Shown here: positions 22,455-26,192 of the stretch, piece by piece
Numbering within the stretch: position 1 is the first letter of the stretch
How the letters are laid out: every line of letters starts with the position of its first letter
Assembly (NCBI RefSeq): GCF_006345805.1
Contig: NW_021833319.1
Coordinates: 1 to 26,192, forward strand
Direction: 5' to 3'
Length of the DNA: 26,192 bases
Origin: Octopus sinensis
Lineage: Eukaryota
Notes under the pieces: model-generated
Databases searched by the model: none
Seen by the model: only the letters and a program-made list of their open reading frames with translations
What the model was told of the DNA's origin: nothing
Position numbers and translations under genes: made by a program

Positions 22455-22774
22455 TTGTTTGGCGCCGATTCTGTATTCGGATTCAAAGAGGTCCCTTTGT
22501 CAAATGATATAGTTTATCGAAAAATTCATGATATGTCTGGTGATATCTTGTCTCAGATTGTTGATCGTATTAACTGCAGCTCTTCTCCGATAAGCATCCA
22601 GTTTGATAAATCGACTGATATAACTTTGATTTGTCACTTGGTTTTTTTGTACGTTTTGTCGAGGCAAACAAGATCGTTGAGGATTTTCTTTTTTGTATCG
22701 ATCCTGATGGAAGAGTACGAGGTCAAGATATTTTTGCTGTTGTTGACAAATTTATAAAACTTAATTCAATTGAC
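22455..22774 (+). mobile_element. hAT (Buster/Charlie, ZBED5/SCAND3-like) transposase fragment
   Basis: VPLSNDIVYRKIHDMSGDI..ISIQFDKSTD..FVRFV..EDFLFC..GQDIF, with a frameshift in the T run at ~22645. Confidence 0.85.
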
Positions 22775-22865
22775 AGGCAGGGGCGATGCCATTGCACACG
22801 CGCGCTGTTGTGGTGTGAAGAAAAAGAAAAAAGAAGAGAAAAAAAAGGAAAAATCGGAAAAGTAA

Positions 22866-23170
22866 ATGCAAGAAACTGCAAAAGAAGATGAGATCTGCAA
22901 AAAATGCAACACGATGAACAAAAAAAAGAGGATGATCCATTGCACGGCCTGCTCGTGTGGCTTCCACATGTCCTGTGCCGGAATGACTAAAAGAGCCCTG
23001 GCGCTCATTTCTAATTGGCATTGTCGGGCATGTCTCCAACCAGATAATGCGACAAACTCTCCTATACGCTACCCTTCCAAACATGCCCCACTAGACCATC
23101 AGGGAATACTTGAATTGATATCAAGCCTGACACATACACGAAGACTCCTGATCAGGATTCCCAAAGCAAA
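22866..23170 (+). mobile_element. PHD-finger N-terminus, probably the 5' end of a CRE-like retrotransposon ORF
   Basis: C-x2-C..C-x2-C..FH-x2-C..WHCRAC is a canonical PHD with no introns. It is followed by LLIRIPKA, recalled as a pre-RT motif of metazoan CRE-like elements. Confidence 0.55.
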
Positions 23171-23995
23171 TGTTGTATTTATCGCAACTTTTAGTCATAA
23201 GAACATTACTAAATTCTCTTCCATGATCGGTATGAAGTAGTCCGACGTAATAAAAACGTTCTGAAATAAAAGCAATATTTCATTTGCCGATTTTGTGTTC
23301 TAAGCAGTGTCCATTCTCCGGCGTGTCAATACTCTGGACGCCCACAAACTATTTTTTAAATAAAATTATTTCGAACATGTTAGACTTGACATGGGCAAGT
23401 ACACTTATTTTTGTTAATGAAAACCTCTAATTATTGTCTACGCAAACCTTTCCACACAGCCGTTCCAAGAAACAGTTTATTGATGATAGTCTCTTGTGGT
23501 GACTATTTCACTGATGTACTCAAACAGCTTTACCAGAAACGGATCGGTATAAGGAGATGTGATTTGTAGGGGGGAAAAAAGGTAATGTATTAAAATAGTA
23601 CATATTCAGTAAAAGTTTTTCTGAAATTAAGTTATATAATCAATGATTGAACTTTAACTTATATATTTTCTATAAATATTATTTTTTTAATAATTAAAAA
23701 GTATAAATATTGAATCACTATTTCCATCGATTATTATTTTCATCAGCTATTTTTGACAGTTTATTATTATTTGTTACTAGCTCGGCAGCTCGCTTCGCTC
23801 ACCGCGACCTAGCTCCTGCGGAGGGCCTGTTTCATCAAACAACTATAAGTTTATGTAGATGTATAAAACTACCTGGTTTAATGTAATGAATAATAAAAAA
23901 GTTTAGGAAAAGAGGCATACCGAAAATAAATTCTATCTTTACGAAAAACTCAAGTAAATAGTTAATATTTTTACGCAAATTCTTCTGATTGCGCT

Positions 23996-24200
23996 GTCAA
24001 TTGGTGGTAAATTGTGTTAATGGTTGTGCTAATGTGGTTTCAACTATCAAAGTGTTTTTCAAAATCTGTTAATTGCACACTCTATTCAAGGTCGTGCGTC
24101 AATTGGTGGTAAATTGTGTTAATGATTGTGCTAATGTGGTTTCAACTATCAAAGTGGTTTTTCAAAATCTGTTAATTGCACACTCTATTCAAAGTCGTGC
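23996..24200. repeat. Tandem duplication, ~102-bp unit x2
   Basis: GTCAATTGGTGGTAAATTGTG... starts at both 23996 and 24098. Confidence 0.9.
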
Positions 24201-24410
24201 AATCTGTGATTGCACATTCTGTCAAAGTCAAATATGATAATAGCTTTAATTTTGATTCATGGTCGATAATGATATATGCATTTAATTTTAAAGAGAAAAA
24301 CATAGGATGAATTGAATTTCTTTATCGCGAATAATTGGGAGTTCATCATTGTTAATATTCTCGCTGTCGTTTTCATCAAGGATATTCTTAATACGTGAGA
24401 TTTTTGCCTT

Positions 24411-25211
24411 GAAGGTTTTAATGGACCTCATCATGAATGTCGAGGACATTCGCGTTGTTCATTTTAATCAAAATGCAGAAAATAATTTTTTGATTTTTTG
24501 GGGGGAAGGTTTTAAGGACTTCATCATGTAAGTCGAGGACATTGTAGTTGTTCATTTTAACCAAAATGCAGAAAATTTTTTTTTAATTTTTTTTGGGAGG
24601 GAAGGTTTTAAGGACTTCATCATGTAAGTCGAGGACATTGTAGTTGTTCATTTTAACCAAAATGCAGAAAATTTTTTTTTAATTTTTTTTGGGGGGAAGG
24701 TTTTAAGGACTTCATCATGTAAGTCGAGGACATTGTAGTTGTTCATTTTAACCAAAATGCAGAAAATTTTTTTTTAATTTTTTTTGGGGGGAAGGTTTTA
24801 AGGACTTCATCATGTAAGTCGAGGACATTGTAGTTGTTCATTTTAACCAAAATGCAGAAAATTTTTTTTTAATTTTTTTTGGGGGGAAGGTTTTAAGGAC
24901 TTCATCATGTAAGTCGAGGACATTGTAGTTGTTCATTTTAACCAAAATGCAGAAAATTTTTTTTTAATTTTTTTTGGGGGGAAGGTTTTAAGGACTTCAT
25001 CATGTAAGTCGAGGACATTGTAGTTGTTCATTTTAACCAAAATGCAGAAAATTTTTTTTTAATTTTTTTTGGGGGGGGGGAAGGTTTTAAGGACTTCATC
25101 ATGTAAGTCGAGGACATTGTAGTTGTTCATTTTAACCAAAATGCAGAAAATTTTTTTTTTATTTTTTTGGGGGGAAGGTTTTAAGGACCTCATCATGTAA
25201 GTCGAGGACAT
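24411..25211. repeat. ~95-bp tandem satellite, 8 full units plus a partial unit
   Basis: GAAGGTTTTAA recurs at 24411, 24505, 24601, 24696, 24791, 24886, 24981, 25080 and 25174. Confidence 0.95.
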
Positions 25212-25280
25212 CGTATTGCCAATTTGAAGTTGGTGTGCACACACAGACAGACAGACACACAGACAGACAGACACACACCA

Positions 25281-25875
25281 TACCATTTTATTATTAAGAT
25301 TTTTTGATTTTTTTGGGTTTTATTTTCTTTTTTTATGTTTTAAATTTTTTTTTATTTTATGTTTTAAATTTTTTTTTCTTTTTTTTATTTTTTACTTTTT
25401 TTGTATTTTTTGATTTTTTTTGTTTTTTATTTTCTTATTTTTTGCTTTTTTGTGTTTTTATTTTCTTTTTTTATTTTTAAAATTTTTTTTCTTTTTTTTT
25501 GTGTTTTATTTTTCCTTTTTTTATTTTTCGATTTTTTGTTTTTTATTTTCTTTTTTTGTCTTTTGCGGTGTTTTATTTTATTTTTTTATTTTTTGAATTT
25601 TTTTTTGTTTTTATTTTTTTATTTTTTGTTTTTTTTATTTTTTGTTTTTTATTGTGTTTTTATTTTTTTATTCTTTTTTTTGTGTTTTATTTACTTTTTT
25701 TGATTTTTTTGTTTTATTTTCTTTTTTTATTTTTTAGTTTTTTAATTTTTTGATTTTTATGTGTTTTTTTTTTCGATTTTTATTGTGTTTTTATTTCATT
25801 TTTTTATTTTTTAAAAGTTTTTTTATTTTTTTATTTTTTAATTTTTTTTTATTTTTAAATTTTTTTTTATTTTTA
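25281..25875 (+). repeat. T-rich low-complexity tract
   Basis: About 600 nt of short T runs punctuated by single A/G/C bases. Confidence 0.9.
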
Positions 25876-25959
25876 ACAGTTCAGCTTTTCAAATTTGTTA
25901 ATTGACTGATTTATAATATTTTAGTGAATTTGTTATGTATTCTAGAGATTTTATCAATA

Positions 25960-26192
25960 AACTGCATAATTCCAGGCCTCTTCTAGAAGGGTCCTTATGG
26001 ATAGGCCATTAGCATACATTGTAGTAGCCTATAAAGAAACTAAGGTCTAGGAACGTTTGACTCCAGTTTTGCATGCAAAAAACGTTAATAAAACATCAAA
26101 ATCAGGACAGACTCCTCCCTTGCACCCCATTAAACACGACTTACCGCCTTACCTGCCACCCAGACATTATCTTCTCTAGGACCTCAGGGAAG
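25960..26192 (-). mobile_element. Degenerate LINE RT fragment
   Basis: NGVQGRSLS (like GVPQGSVLS) followed by MYANGL (like YADDL) at roughly the expected spacing. Confidence 0.35.

Larger units (their letters stand above)
23777..25279 (-). mobile_element. Non-autonomous Helitron
   Basis: The minus strand starts A|TCTTAATAATAAAA followed by a (GTCT)n/(GT)n microsatellite. It ends with a GC-rich hairpin and CTAG|T, and sits in an AT dinucleotide with no TSD. Confidence 0.8.

Noticed and set aside
24411-25211. CRISPR-like regular array
   Set aside because: Whole ~95-bp units repeat with no unique spacers, the context is eukaryotic, and there are no cas genes.
25401-25753. Phe-rich ORFs resembling membrane or pan-edited proteins
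   Set aside because: These are translations of a T-rich low-complexity tract with no recognisable domain.

Overview
Eukaryotic (metazoan) genomic DNA. AT-rich background with four spliced host genes whose introns are only 20-31 nt, which is typical of dicyemid mesozoans (taxon is inferred). The genes are MON2 (4347-~8300 +, 3' end lost at a retrotransposon junction), an SLC3 heavy chain (9274-10867 +), the 3' end of an SLC7 light chain lying tail-to-tail with it (11116-11395 -), and a compact XRCC3 (11668-12505 +) that needs a GA-AG intron as written. The rest is a dense patchwork of transposon debris: R4-like and CRE-like RLE retrotransposons, a LINE family with (CTATT)n-type tails, an RTE-like end, hATs, Helitrons (one carrying a ~95-bp satellite) and TGT...ACA Ginger-like elements (one carrying a patterned TTAGGG-variant array). 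A nested insertion hotspot can be reconstructed at 16153-20250. Recurrent single-base deletions in homopolymers suggest an under-polished long-read assembly. All family assignments come from motif recognition by eye; no searches were run.
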